64,000 nt of DNA from Candidatus Marinacidobacterales bacterium (GCA_965237955.1 OZ250169.1:4096001-4160000); one strand, 5' to 3'. Shown: positions 10,686 to 20,755, counted from the stretch's first letter. Numbers and translations: made by a program. Notes: generated from the letters alone by a model not told the origin.

Positions 10686-11573
10686 GCAGCCCATCTTTTC
10701 TTCGCGGACGACACGATCTTCGGGACGAGAAAGCTCACCCAAAGTCCAATCGCCGCGAAACGCGCCCAGAGGTAGAGATGATAGTAAAAGGATTCGCTCC
10801 CGGGAGAAAGTAGCCGTAGGAGAAAGTAGAGAACCGGCAAGCCGAGAAGCCCCACGATGAACCAAGACCGCCGGTTGTGAGATCGCTCGCCCTCGGGGTA
10901 GAGGCCCTTGTGGTAGGCGAACGCAAGACCACCGAGCGCCCCGGCGAGACCGCCCATGGCGATGGCGGCGTTTCGCGACGGATGGATGAGCGCTAGCAGC
11001 GCCGGCGCCCCGAGTGAGAGGAGCGTTTGCGAGCTGAGCTCGAGTCGACTCGCCCAATCGGCCACCGGCCCGAACCAGCGCGCGTAGCTCCACGCGATCG
11101 CGGCGCCGAGTGTCCAGCCGACGACAACGTCGCTCGGGAAGTGAACGCCAAGGTAGACCCTCGAGAACCCGATGAGGAAGACTATGGTGGCGGCGAGAGC
11201 ACTGAACCATCGTTTTCGAAAGTGAAGCGCGAGAAGCCCCCAGAACATCGCCGCCTGCTGGGCGTGGCCGGCTCGGGAAGCTGTACTCGTTCGGGGTCCT
11301 GAGATTCGATACGTCGTCCGTGTACACGAAGGGACGCGGCAAAGCCGCGACGTCCTTGATGAGCGAGTTCAAATAGACACTGAGAACGAGCGCGACGAAG
11401 ATCCTCGCGCCGAGCTTCCACGAAAAGCCCCACCAGATGATGGGCAATATGAGCAAGTAGCCGACCGTCGAGCCGAGATCGGTCACGACCAAGAGAAAGC
11501 TCGTCAGAGCGGGAGAGCGGTACGCTTCGAGCCAGTGGATGATCTCGACGCCGGCGTCCAGGATCTCAGTCAC
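10682..11573 (-). pseudogene. PAP2 family membrane phosphatase, frameshift near 11270
   Basis: K...ALPRP, YSFPS(GH), SRVYLGVHFPSDV motifs split between two frames. Confidence 0.8.
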
Positions 11574-12495
11574 CGCTCAGGATTCGCCGGTAGACTTCGG
11601 GGTCGACGTTGCCGCCGGTCACGACACAACATACAGAGCGATCGCGAAAGAGCTCCGACTGCGTCAGAAGAGCTGCCACCGCGAGCGCGCCCGTCGGCTC
11701 GGCTTTGAGGTTGGCTCGGACGAAAAGAAGCCGCACGGCCTCCTCGATATGCTCGTCCGGCACTTCGACAATCGTCTCGATGCCGTCCTTCAAGATGGCC
11801 CAGTTGTGCTCACCCAGGCTTACCGTGCGAGCGCCGTCGGCGATGGTGAGTGGCTCCGTTTCGTTCTTTACGATGTGACCGGCCTTTAGCGAGCGCGCTG
11901 CGTCGTTTCCCAGGAGCGGCTCGGCGCCGATGACTCGAGTCGTGGAGTTGCCGGAATCGCGAAGCCCTTGAATGAGGCCGGAGCTCATGCCGCCCCCGCC
12001 GACGGGCACGACGATGGTGTCGAAGTCGAGCGATGCGAGCTCCTCGCCCAAGGTCGCGTTCCCGTCGATCACCCTGGGGTCGTCATAGGCGCTTACGACC
12101 ACCGCATCGGGGTGCTTCTCAGCGAGCTCGTCTACTTTCTCTGCACGGCTTTGGACGGTGACGTCGACCGGCTCGACGCGTCCGCCGTGCTCACGGACGG
12201 CGTCCATCTTGACTTGGGCCGACGTCTCCGGCATTACCACGATGGATTTCTTGCCGAGAAGCTTGCACGCGTAGGCGAGCGCTTGTCCGAAGTTGCCGGA
12301 CGACGCTGTCAGGATCGTGTCTCTTTCGATGTGGGCCACGAGGTTGTAGGCGGCTCGGAACTTGAAGCTCCCGGTGTGCTGGAACGTCTCGCTCGCGAGT
12401 CGGAGCGAGACGCCTAAATGCGTTTCGAGGCGGCGCGGCTCGATGAGGGTCGTCGGGCGGATGACATCGCGTACATTCTCGGGTTTCTCGGTCAT
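11566..12495 (-). CDS. Threonine/serine dehydratase (PLP fold II)
   Basis: ETFQHTGSFKFR, ASSGNFG, VPVGGGGM, AEPTGA, VTGGNVD. Confidence 0.9.
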   Translation of the reverse strand: MTEKPENVRDVIRPTTLIEPRRLETHLGVSLRLASETFQHTGSFKFRAAYNLVAHIERDTILTASSGNFGQALAYACKLLGKKSIVVMPETSAQVKMDAVREHGGRVEPVDVTVQSRAEKVDELAEKHPDAVVVSAYDDPRVIDGNATLGEELASLDFDTIVVPVGGGGMSSGLIQGLRDSGNSTTRVIGAEPLLGNDAARSLKAGHIVKNETEPLTIADGARTVSLGEHNWAILKDGIETIVEVPDEHIEEAVRLLFVRANLKAEPTGALAVAALLTQSELFRDRSVCCVVTGGNVDPEVYRRILSGD

Positions 12496-12523
12496 CGCGG
12501 TGCAATCTTATACTATGGCCGCG

Positions 12524-13378
12524 ATGCGCATAGACGCCCACCAGCACTTCTGGGTCTACCGCCCGGAGGAGTACGGCTGGATCGACGAGCGCATGGACGT
12601 CATCCGTCGAGATTTCGCTCCGAGTGATTTGAAGCCGCTTCTGGACGCGAACGGCTTCGATGGGTCGGTGGCGGTGCAGGCCCGCCAGCACCTGGCGGAG
12701 ACGGAATACCTGCTTCGGCTCACTGAGGAAGACGAAGACGAAGACGACATCGTCCGCGGCGTCGTAGGCTGGGTCGATCTCCGCGCGGCGGACGCGGAGC
12801 GGCAACTCGATCGCTTCCGCTCGCACCCGCGGTTCGTGGGCGTCCGCCACGTCGTCCAGGACGAGCCCGACGACCGATTTCTGATGCGCAAGGATTTTCT
12901 GCGGGGCGTGGCGCTTCTGGGCGAGCTTACCTACGACATCCTTGTCTATCCGAAACAGCTACCCGCCACGCTCGAGCTCGTCGAGCGTTTCCCGGACCAT
13001 CGCCTCGTCCTCGACCACATTGCGAAGCCGCACGTTGCACGCGGTGAGCTCGAGCCGTGGGCGTCTCAGATTCGAAAGCTCGCTGAAGCTCAGAACGTCT
13101 TTTGCAAAGTCTCGGGGATGGTCACCGAGGCGGATTGGAAGGGATGGAAACGAGACGACTTCACGCCTTACCTCGACGTCGTGTTCGAAGCGTTCGGCCC
13201 GAGTCGCATCATGGTCGGCTCGGACTGGCCCGTGTGCACGTTGGCAGCGAGCTACGACCAGGTGATGGACGTCGTTTCGTCATATATCGAGCCCCTGTCC
13301 GAGGGCGACAAGGCCGCCGTTTTTGGGGGCACTGCCGAGAAGTTCTACAAACTGGAGGCATCTACGCATGCGCACTAA
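12524..13378 (+). CDS. Amidohydrolase_2, probable L-fucono-1,5-lactonase
   Basis: IDAHQHFW, VLDHIAKP, CKVSGMVTEA, GSDWPVC; in an operon with fuconate dehydratase. Confidence 0.85.
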   Translation: MRIDAHQHFWVYRPEEYGWIDERMDVIRRDFAPSDLKPLLDANGFDGSVAVQARQHLAETEYLLRLTEEDEDEDDIVRGVVGWVDLRAADAERQLDRFRSHPRFVGVRHVVQDEPDDRFLMRKDFLRGVALLGELTYDILVYPKQLPATLELVERFPDHRLVLDHIAKPHVARGELEPWASQIRKLAEAQNVFCKVSGMVTEADWKGWKRDDFTPYLDVVFEAFGPSRIMVGSDWPVCTLAASYDQVMDVVSSYIEPLSEGDKAAVFGGTAEKFYKLEASTHAH

Positions 13379-14360
13379 AGCCGTACTCGCCGTACTCATT
13401 GCACTGTTTCTGGGAGCCTGTGGCGGGGAATCGACGGACACCGCGAACGAAACGATCACTATCGCTGTCATTCCCAAGGGAACAACACACTCGTTCTGGG
13501 TCGCCATCCATGCCGGAGCGATGAAGGCAGCCCAAGAGCTAGGCGTCAAGGTGATTTGGAAGGGGCCGGGGCGCGAGGACGACCGCGAGGCGCAGGTCGC
13601 CGAAGTCGAGACGTTCATCAGCCGCGGCGTCTCGGGTATCGTGCTGGCGCCGACGGACGACAAAGCGCTCCGCATCCCGGTGATGAACGCGGCGCGCAGT
13701 GGCATTCCGGTCGTGATCATCGATTCCGCGCTCGACAGCGAGGACTATGTCAGCTTCGTCGCCACGGACAACTACAAGGGCGGCCGGCTCGCGGGCGAGC
13801 GTATGGTCGAGGTCTTGGGCGGCGCAGGGCGTGTCATCATGCTCCGCTACATGGAGGGCTCGGCGAGCACGATGAAGCGCGAGGACGGCTTCATGGACGT
13901 CATGGCCGACAACCCGACGATGGAAATCGTGAGCTCGAATCAACACGCAGGCGCCACCTCGGAGCTCGCGTACCAGGCGAGCGAGAATCTTTTGGGACGT
14001 TTCAAGGACGCGGAAGGGAATCTCGAGGTCGACGGCATCTACTGTCCGAATGAAAGCACGGCGTTCGGTATGCTGCGAGCGCTTCAGGATTCGGGCCTGG
14101 CGGGCACGGTGACGTTCATTGGCTTCGACGCGTCGGAGCAGATGGTGCGTGGCCTCGAAAACGGCGAGTTCGACTCCCTGGTGCTGCAGGACCCGGTGAA
14201 CATGGCCTACCTCGGGGTCAAGACCATAGTGGCGCACCTCAGGGGCGAGCCGGTCGAAGAGCGTGTCGACACGGGCGTGACGCTCGTGACCGGGGACAAC
14301 ATGAACGAGCCACGGATGCAGGAGCTTCTCAGACCCGATGTGGACAGGTGGCTGCAATAG
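13368..14360 (+). CDS. Sugar ABC transporter substrate-binding lipoprotein (RbsB-like)
   Basis: Lipobox LGAC; IAVIPKGTTHSFW; VATDNYKGG. Confidence 0.9.
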   Translation: MRTKAVLAVLIALFLGACGGESTDTANETITIAVIPKGTTHSFWVAIHAGAMKAAQELGVKVIWKGPGREDDREAQVAEVETFISRGVSGIVLAPTDDKALRIPVMNAARSGIPVVIIDSALDSEDYVSFVATDNYKGGRLAGERMVEVLGGAGRVIMLRYMEGSASTMKREDGFMDVMADNPTMEIVSSNQHAGATSELAYQASENLLGRFKDAEGNLEVDGIYCPNESTAFGMLRALQDSGLAGTVTFIGFDASEQMVRGLENGEFDSLVLQDPVNMAYLGVKTIVAHLRGEPVEERVDTGVTLVTGDNMNEPRMQELLRPDVDRWLQ

Positions 14361-14406
14361 GTGCTGCCATCAGCCGTCGGCCATCGGCCGGGACTGAGGA
14401 CTAAGC

Positions 14407-15873
14407 TTGTCATCGAGTCGGATTGTCGCGCGCGGGGTTCGTAAAGCCTTCGGTCCCACCGTTGCCGTCGACGGGGTCGACTTTTCGGTTGCGGCCGGTG
14501 AGGTCCGGGCGCTCGTTGGGGAGAACGGGGCGGGGAAGAGTACTCTCGTCAACGTCCTCTCCGGCGTGTTCTTGGCGGACGCCGGGTCCATCTTGCTCGA
14601 TGGGGAGCCTTACGAGCCGTCGAGCCCGAAAGATGCTCGTGATCGTGGGGTCGTCATGGTGCATCAGGAGCTTGCGCTTGCATCGCACCTCACCGTTGCC
14701 GAGAACCTATTTCTCGGGATCGAGCCCGTTCGTTACGGGCTGCTCCGGCGTGCCGAGATGCGCGAGCGCGCGTCGAACGCGCTCCGAGAGATCGAGCACG
14801 ACGACATCTCTCCGGATGCGCGCGTCGATTCGCTTTCGATCGCGGCCCGTCAGATCGTGGAGATCGCGCGGGCGCTGATCCTGGAGGCCAAGGTCCTCAT
14901 CCTCGATGAGCCCACGAGCAGCTTGTCCCGGCCGGACGTGGAGAAGCTTTTTCGCCTCATCGGTCGGCTCAAAGAGCGCGGTCTCGCCATCATTTACATC
15001 TCGCACTTTCTCGAGGAAGTCTGGGAAGTGGCCGAGACCTTCACCGTGCTGCGCGACGGACGCTCGGTGGACGAGGGCGTTATTGCCGACGCCTCGGTCC
15101 CTGGCATCGTCCGCTCGATGGTGGGGCGGGATATCGACGACCTGTTTCCGAGGTCGCAACGGACGAAAGGCGAGCTTCTTCTCCAGATCGACGAGCTCGC
15201 TGGAGCGACGCTTCCGCTGACGGCTAGCTTTAAGCTTCACCGTGGCGAGGTGGTCGGCATCGCCGGGCTCATGGGCGCGGGGCGCACCGAGATGGCGCGC
15301 GTGGTCTTCGGGCTCGACCCGGTTCGACGCGGCGACATCAGAGTTGGTGTGTTCGAAGGTCCGGCCACTCCGCGGGATCGCCTTGCTCAAGGCGTCGGGC
15401 TTTTGAGCGAGGACCGGCAAACCGAAGGTCTGGCCACGTCGAGGACCATCGGTGAGAACGTGACGCTCTCGCGATTGCCGCGGTGGGTCCAGCCGCGACG
15501 CATCGACGCCGCGGCGCGCCGGTGGATCGACGAGCTCAGCATCGCGTGCCGAGGGCCGCGTCAACGAGTGTCGGATCTCTCTGGAGGCAATCAACAGAAG
15601 GTCGCTCTAGCGCGTCTTCTCTACCATGCGCTCGACGTCCTTCTCCTCGACGAGCCGACGCGAGGCGTGGACGTCGGCAGCAAAGCGCAAATCTACCGGC
15701 TCATCGATGAGCTCGCGGCGAGCGGCAAAGCGGTGCTCCTCATCAGCAGCTACTTGCCGGAGCTTCTCGGGATGGCCGATCGCGTGGCGGTCATGAGTCG
15801 AGGGCGTCTCGGTGCGGCGCATCCCGTGGCCGAGCTCGACGAAGAGTCCATCATGCAGGAGGCGGTGTCGTGA
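14407..15873 (+). CDS. Sugar ABC transporter ATP-binding protein (RbsA-like, two ABC domains)
   Basis: GENGAGKST, LILDEPT, LSGGNQQK. Confidence 0.92.
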   Translation: MSSSRIVARGVRKAFGPTVAVDGVDFSVAAGEVRALVGENGAGKSTLVNVLSGVFLADAGSILLDGEPYEPSSPKDARDRGVVMVHQELALASHLTVAENLFLGIEPVRYGLLRRAEMRERASNALREIEHDDISPDARVDSLSIAARQIVEIARALILEAKVLILDEPTSSLSRPDVEKLFRLIGRLKERGLAIIYISHFLEEVWEVAETFTVLRDGRSVDEGVIADASVPGIVRSMVGRDIDDLFPRSQRTKGELLLQIDELAGATLPLTASFKLHRGEVVGIAGLMGAGRTEMARVVFGLDPVRRGDIRVGVFEGPATPRDRLAQGVGLLSEDRQTEGLATSRTIGENVTLSRLPRWVQPRRIDAAARRWIDELSIACRGPRQRVSDLSGGNQQKVALARLLYHALDVLLLDEPTRGVDVGSKAQIYRLIDELAASGKAVLLISSYLPELLGMADRVAVMSRGRLGAAHPVAELDEESIMQEAVS

Positions 15874-16853
15874 CCGAAACATCAAAATCGGCGCGCGAGA
15901 GGACGGCGTGGCTCTCCGCTCTCGGACCCCTCATGGGTCTCGCGCTCGTCTATCTCTTCTTTGCGCTCGCCGGCCCCGACAGTTTCACGTCGGTCCGGAC
16001 GCTCGAGACGATCGCGCGGCAAACGGCGATCGTCGGCACGGCCGCCCTCGGCATGACCCTGGTCATCATCCTCGGCGGCATCGACCTGTCCGTCGGCTCC
16101 ATCGTTGCCATGACGTCGGTCATCGTTGCCTTGGTGCTCGCTGGGGGGAGTGGACCGCTCGTCGCTATCCTGGCCGCGACGGCTGCCGGAGCGCTCACCG
16201 GTTTTGCGAGCGGGAACCTGATCACGCGTTTGAAGGTCGCTCCGTTCATCGTCACCCTCGGCATGCTGCTGATCGTCCGAGGCGCCGCCAAAGGGCTTGG
16301 CAAAGAACAGAAGGTGGACGCGCCGATGACGTGGCTCGTGGAGCTACTATCGTCTCTGCCGGCGGATCGACAGTGGATGATCGTGCCGCCGGGCGTGTGG
16401 CTTCTGGCAGGGCTCGCGGTCCTCACGGCGGTCGTCTTGAAGTACACCAGGCTCGGTGCGCACATCTTCGCGATAGGCTCGAACGAGAACACGGCGCGCC
16501 TTTGCGGTGTTCCGGTCGAGCGCGTCAAGATCGCGGTCTACATGCTCTCGGGCGCGCTCGCCGGTTTGACCGGCGTGTTGCAGTTCTCGCGATTGACGGT
16601 GGGTGATCCCACGGTTGCCGTCGGTCTCGAGCTCGACGTGATCGCGGCGGTCGTCATCGGTGGCGGTAGTCTTTCCGGCGGAGAAGGTACCGTTCTCGGG
16701 ACACTTGTTGGTGCCTTCATCATGACCGTCATCCGCGCCGGGACGTCGCAAATGGGTCTCCCAAATTGGGTGCAGGAGATCGTGACCGGTACGATCATCG
16801 TTGTCGCCGTCGCCATCGACCGTTGGCGCCACCGACGGCTGGAGAAGACTTGA
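15870..16853 (+). CDS. Sugar ABC transporter permease (RbsC-like)
   Basis: GGIDLSVGS, ELDVIAAVVIGGGSLSGG. Confidence 0.92.
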   Translation: MTETSKSARERTAWLSALGPLMGLALVYLFFALAGPDSFTSVRTLETIARQTAIVGTAALGMTLVIILGGIDLSVGSIVAMTSVIVALVLAGGSGPLVAILAATAAGALTGFASGNLITRLKVAPFIVTLGMLLIVRGAAKGLGKEQKVDAPMTWLVELLSSLPADRQWMIVPPGVWLLAGLAVLTAVVLKYTRLGAHIFAIGSNENTARLCGVPVERVKIAVYMLSGALAGLTGVLQFSRLTVGDPTVAVGLELDVIAAVVIGGGSLSGGEGTVLGTLVGAFIMTVIRAGTSQMGLPNWVQEIVTGTIIVVAVAIDRWRHRRLEKT

Positions 16854-18145
16854 TGCAGATCACCGGTTTCGAAACTCAGGACATTCGCTTCCCGACGTCC
16901 CGTGAATCCGACGGCTCGGACGCGATGAATCCGGACCCGGACTACTCGGCGGCCTACATCATTCTCCATACCGACGACGGGCACGAAGGGCACGGCCTCA
17001 CGTTCACCATCGGCCGCGGGAACGATCTGTGTGTCGCCGCTATCGAGCAACTCGCCGAACGTGTTTCCGGCCGTAGTCTCTCCTCCATCACGTCGGACTG
17101 GGGTGCCTTCTGGCGCGAGCTCACCGGCGACAGCCAATTGAGATGGCTCGGGCCCGAGAAAGGTGTCGTCCACCTCGCCACCGCGGCGGTCGTAAACGCT
17201 TTGTGGGACCTCTACGCGAAGGCCGAAGGGAAGCCGCTATGGCGGCTTCTGTGCGACATGAGCCCGGAGGAGATCGTGCGCTCCATCGATTTTCGTTACA
17301 TCACGGACCTCGTCACGCCCGACGAAGCGCTCTCGATGCTGCAAGAGCTGGAGCCAACCAAAAACACTCGCATACAGGATGTCCTCGAGCGGGGCTATCC
17401 CGCGTACAACACGTCGGTCGGGTGGATCGGCTATAGCGACGAGAAAATACGCGGACTGTGCCGCGATGCGCTCACGCAGGGATTCACGGCGTTCAAAATG
17501 AAGGTTGGCCGCAACGTCGATGACGACGTCCGCCGCGCGGCTCTCATGCGTGAAGAAATCGGCCCGGATAACGCGTTGATGATGGATGCGAACCAGATAT
17601 GGGATGTGGACGAAGCCATCCACTGGATGGAACGTCTCTCCGAGTTTCGACCGCTATGGATCGAGGAGCCGACGAGCCCGGACGACATTCTCGGCCACGC
17701 TGCCATCGCAAGGGCGGTCGCACCCATCGGGGTCGCGACCGGAGAGCACGGTCACAACCGCGTGATGTTCAAACAGCTCCTTCAAGCAAAAGCGATCGCG
17801 TTCTGCCAGATCGATAGCTGCCGTCTCGGAGGGGTGAACGAGGTGCTCGCGGTGTTGTTGATGGCGGCCAAGAGCGGTGTTCCCGTCTGTCCCCACGCAG
17901 GTGGTGTCGGACTGTGCGAGTACGTACAGCACCTGTCGCTCTTCGATTACGTTTGTGTCAGCGGATCGATGGACGGACGCATGATCGAATACGTCAACCA
18001 CCTGCACGAGCACTTCGAAGACCCCGTGGTCGTCACCGAAGGCAGGTATCGCGCACCCGAACGTCCGGGTTATGGCATCACCATGAAGAAGGCGTCGCGA
18101 GATGCGTTCTCATTTCCGAATGGTGATGCGTGGCAGCACCACTAG
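16853..18145 (+). CDS. fucD: L-fuconate dehydratase (enolase superfamily)
   Basis: DIRFPTS..DGSDAMNPDPDYS, WIEEPTSPDD, CPHAGGVGLCEYVQH. Confidence 0.92.
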   Translation: MQITGFETQDIRFPTSRESDGSDAMNPDPDYSAAYIILHTDDGHEGHGLTFTIGRGNDLCVAAIEQLAERVSGRSLSSITSDWGAFWRELTGDSQLRWLGPEKGVVHLATAAVVNALWDLYAKAEGKPLWRLLCDMSPEEIVRSIDFRYITDLVTPDEALSMLQELEPTKNTRIQDVLERGYPAYNTSVGWIGYSDEKIRGLCRDALTQGFTAFKMKVGRNVDDDVRRAALMREEIGPDNALMMDANQIWDVDEAIHWMERLSEFRPLWIEEPTSPDDILGHAAIARAVAPIGVATGEHGHNRVMFKQLLQAKAIAFCQIDSCRLGGVNEVLAVLLMAAKSGVPVCPHAGGVGLCEYVQHLSLFDYVCVSGSMDGRMIEYVNHLHEHFEDPVVVTEGRYRAPERPGYGITMKKASRDAFSFPNGDAWQHH

Positions 18146-18160
18146 ATCACCAAAAAACGC

Positions 18161-18189
18161 TTGACAGGTGTGGCAGACGTCTTTACCCT
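18161..18189 (+). promoter_or_regulatory. Sigma70-type promoter
   Basis: TTGACA (18161-18166), 17-bp spacer, TACCCT (18184-18189). Confidence 0.6.
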
Positions 18190-18291
18190 ACATCTAGTGT
18201 TAAACACTATTCCTCAACCCACATTTTGTTTTCGCACGTCTTCATCGGGGCGGTTTACCGCTCTAGTCCGTGAAGAGAGGAGGTGATTCGA

Positions 18292-18366
18292 GTGGCGAAG
18301 AGGAAAAAGAAGGCTGCCAAGAAGGCTGCAAAGAAAACGAAGAAGAAGGCTGCAAAGAAGAAGTAG
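18292..18366 (+). CDS. 24-aa Lys/Ala-rich basic peptide (MAKRKKKAAKKAAKKTKKKAAKKK)
   Basis: RBS GAGGAGGTGA upstream of GTG; flanked by promoter and terminator; too short for the ORF track. Confidence 0.7.
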   Translation: MAKRKKKAAKKAAKKTKKKAAKKK

Positions 18367-18382
18367 CGACTTCCTCAGGGGT

Positions 18383-18416
18383 AGAGGGGGGGTGAGGATT
18401 CCCCCCCTCTTTTTTT
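18383..18416 (+). terminator. Intrinsic terminator
   Basis: AGAGGGGGGG-loop-CCCCCCCTCT followed by a T run. Confidence 0.85.
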
Positions 18417-18420
18417 GTCT

Positions 18421-18761
18421 AGTCACTTCTTCTCGCCGATGACGCCCATTGCCACGGGTGCGATGGCACACCGGCCGGGAGGCATGCGACGAGAAAAGCC
18501 CCCACGCGGCGTGACCCAGCTTGGCAACGTCAGTGCCGCTCGCTTCGGCCGTGTTTCGCGCGAGCGTCTCGATTCTGCCGCGGAGCTTTTCCACCGTCTC
18601 GCGGTCCCGGGCATGGATGAAGTAACCACTGGGTGGCTCGCTCGGGAACGATGGATGGGATGGTGCCACCTTCGACGAGGATGTGATTCATGACGACCAG
18701 AGCCAGCACGACGGCGCCTATATAATAATGTAGTAGAAGTACCCGATTGTCTCATCGACAT
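18421..18761 (-). pseudogene. Peptidase M20/amidohydrolase dimerisation-domain fragment
   Basis: VMNHILVEGGTIPSIVPERA and YFIHARDRETVEKL across frameshifts. Confidence 0.4.
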
Positions 18762-18772
18762 ACCTTCTTTTC

Positions 18773-19681
18773 TCAAAGCTGTGCCCACAGGTCTTCTTCG
18801 GGCGGAAGCGGCGCGCGTCCGGTCATTCCCTCGCATTTGCGTGCAGCGGTGAGGTTTGCGAACCGCGCCGCGTCGCCCACCGACTTCGTTTTCAAAAACG
18901 CATGGGTGAAAGCCCCGTGAAACACGTCGCCGGCACCGGTCGTATCCATTGCCTCGACCGCGACTCCCGGGAGTTGGAAAAAAGGCTCGTCCCGGCTCAT
19001 GAGAGCGCAGCCGTCGGCGCCCAAGGTCACGCCGGCAATGGCCGGACCGTTGGCCGGGAGTTTGTCGACGATTTGGCGGACAAAATCTTCCACGTTATAG
19101 CTCGGGCCCAGAAGCGCCGATGGATACGTATGGGAGAAGATGGCGACGTCGCTGAGTGTGATGAGATCATCGACGCCATCGCGCGGGTGGCCGCAGTCGA
19201 GGACGACGAGGCCTCCTGCTTCGCGCACGCGCTCAGCCGCTTGGAGCTGCACGTCGATCTTTCTGGCGTCGAGCAGGAGCGCGCGGCAATCGTCGAAAGG
19301 CAGAGTGCGGACGTCGTCCCACGTCAGCGGAAAACCGACACCTCGCGGTGCTTCCAGGATCGTGCGGCGGCCGTTCTCGACGACGATGACGCTTGTCTGC
19401 GATTCGAACCCATCGCGGACCGCGATCGCGTCGGTGTTGATGTTCTCGCGCTCCAAGCCGTCCACGAGGAAACGGCCTCCGATGTCGTTGCCTATTAGCC
19501 CCGAGATCGCGGTCTTGCGACCGAAACGCGCCATGGTGACGAGTGCCGTCGGCACCGGACCTCCGCCGGACTCGTGCATCTCGCGGGCGGGGAGTTTTTC
19601 GTCGGAGTCGGGATAGCGATCCATGAGAACGGTGAAATCGCGGACCACGAGTCCCACACCGATGGCGTCCCATTGGGTCAT
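18773..19681 (-). CDS. PfkB family carbohydrate kinase
   Basis: GGGPVPTAL, DTTGAGDVFHGAF. Confidence 0.9.
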   Translation of the reverse strand: MTQWDAIGVGLVVRDFTVLMDRYPDSDEKLPAREMHESGGGPVPTALVTMARFGRKTAISGLIGNDIGGRFLVDGLERENINTDAIAVRDGFESQTSVIVVENGRRTILEAPRGVGFPLTWDDVRTLPFDDCRALLLDARKIDVQLQAAERVREAGGLVVLDCGHPRDGVDDLITLSDVAIFSHTYPSALLGPSYNVEDFVRQIVDKLPANGPAIAGVTLGADGCALMSRDEPFFQLPGVAVEAMDTTGAGDVFHGAFTHAFLKTKSVGDAARFANLTAARKCEGMTGRAPLPPEEDLWAQL

Positions 19682-19698
19682 TGAGGTAGTTTAATGCA

Positions 19699-20742
19699 GT
19701 GAAGCACAAGGGACGTGGAGCGACGAGCAATGCCTCGGGCCGGTTCGAGCGGCTTCGGTACGTGCCGCTGGTCGAGCGCGACAAGATCGAGACCGTCGTG
19801 TCTCCCGACCACACGCGGTCGATCATCGCGAAAAACGATTCCCCGGAGGTGCCGTTCTCGCTTTCGATCAACCCTTACCGCGGCTGTGAGCACGGGTGCA
19901 TCTATTGCTTCGCACGGCCGAGCCACGCCTTCCTCGGCCTATCGCCCGGTCTCGACTTCGAGACCAGGATCTTCTCGAAGCCGAAGGCGGCCGAGCTTCT
20001 GAAGAAGGAATTGGCCAAGCCCGACTACCGCGCCGAGACGCTCGCTGTCGGTGCCAACACCGACCCCTATCAACCCGCGGAAAGGGAACACCGCATTACC
20101 CGGGGCGTGCTCGAAGTGCTCGCGGAGCACGATCACCCCGTCGCGATCGTGACCAAGTCGAGCCTCGTCCTGCGAGACCTCGACCTCCTGTCGCCGATGG
20201 CGGCGAAGGGACTCGCCCACGTGCTGGTCTCGATCACGACGCTCGATGCCGAGCTCGCCCGGAACATGGAACCGCGTGCGTCGACGCCGGAAAAACGCGT
20301 CGCGACGCTCCGAGAGCTCCGGGATGCGGGCGTACCGTGCGGCGTGCTTGCATCTCCCATGATCCCGGCCCTGAACGATTCGGAGCTCGAGCGTATCTTG
20401 GAAGTGTGCGCGGCCGCCGGCGCCAGCTCGGCAGGTTACATCCTGTTACGCCTACCGCTAGAGCTCAAAGACCTCTTCACCGACTGGCTCGAGACGTACT
20501 ACCCGGACAAGGTAGACCACGTTCTGAACCTGCTGAGAGAAACGCGCGGAGGCGCCCTCTACCGCTCCGAGTTCGGCGAGCGCATGCGCGGAACAGGCCC
20601 ATACGCCGACCTACTAGAAAACCGCTTCCGCATCGCCACAAAAAAATACGGCCTAGACAAGCCCCTAGAACCCCTCGACACAACGAAGTTCACCCCCCCC
20701 GTACTGTCCGGCAAGCAGTTCGAGCTGTTCACCAGCGACTAG
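19699..20742 (+). CDS. PA0069/Rv2578c-type radical SAM protein (SPL-like)
   Basis: NPYRGCEHGCIYCFARP, NTDPYQP. Confidence 0.9.
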   Translation: MKHKGRGATSNASGRFERLRYVPLVERDKIETVVSPDHTRSIIAKNDSPEVPFSLSINPYRGCEHGCIYCFARPSHAFLGLSPGLDFETRIFSKPKAAELLKKELAKPDYRAETLAVGANTDPYQPAEREHRITRGVLEVLAEHDHPVAIVTKSSLVLRDLDLLSPMAAKGLAHVLVSITTLDAELARNMEPRASTPEKRVATLRELRDAGVPCGVLASPMIPALNDSELERILEVCAAAGASSAGYILLRLPLELKDLFTDWLETYYPDKVDHVLNLLRETRGGALYRSEFGERMRGTGPYADLLENRFRIATKKYGLDKPLEPLDTTKFTPPVLSGKQFELFTSD

Positions 20743-20755
20743 CGTCTCCCCCTAA

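Noticed and set aside
10191-11573. Apparent PAP2-SixA fusion ORF of 460 aa
   Set aside because: Produced by a frameshift in PAP2; the middle is off-frame and SixA has its own ATG
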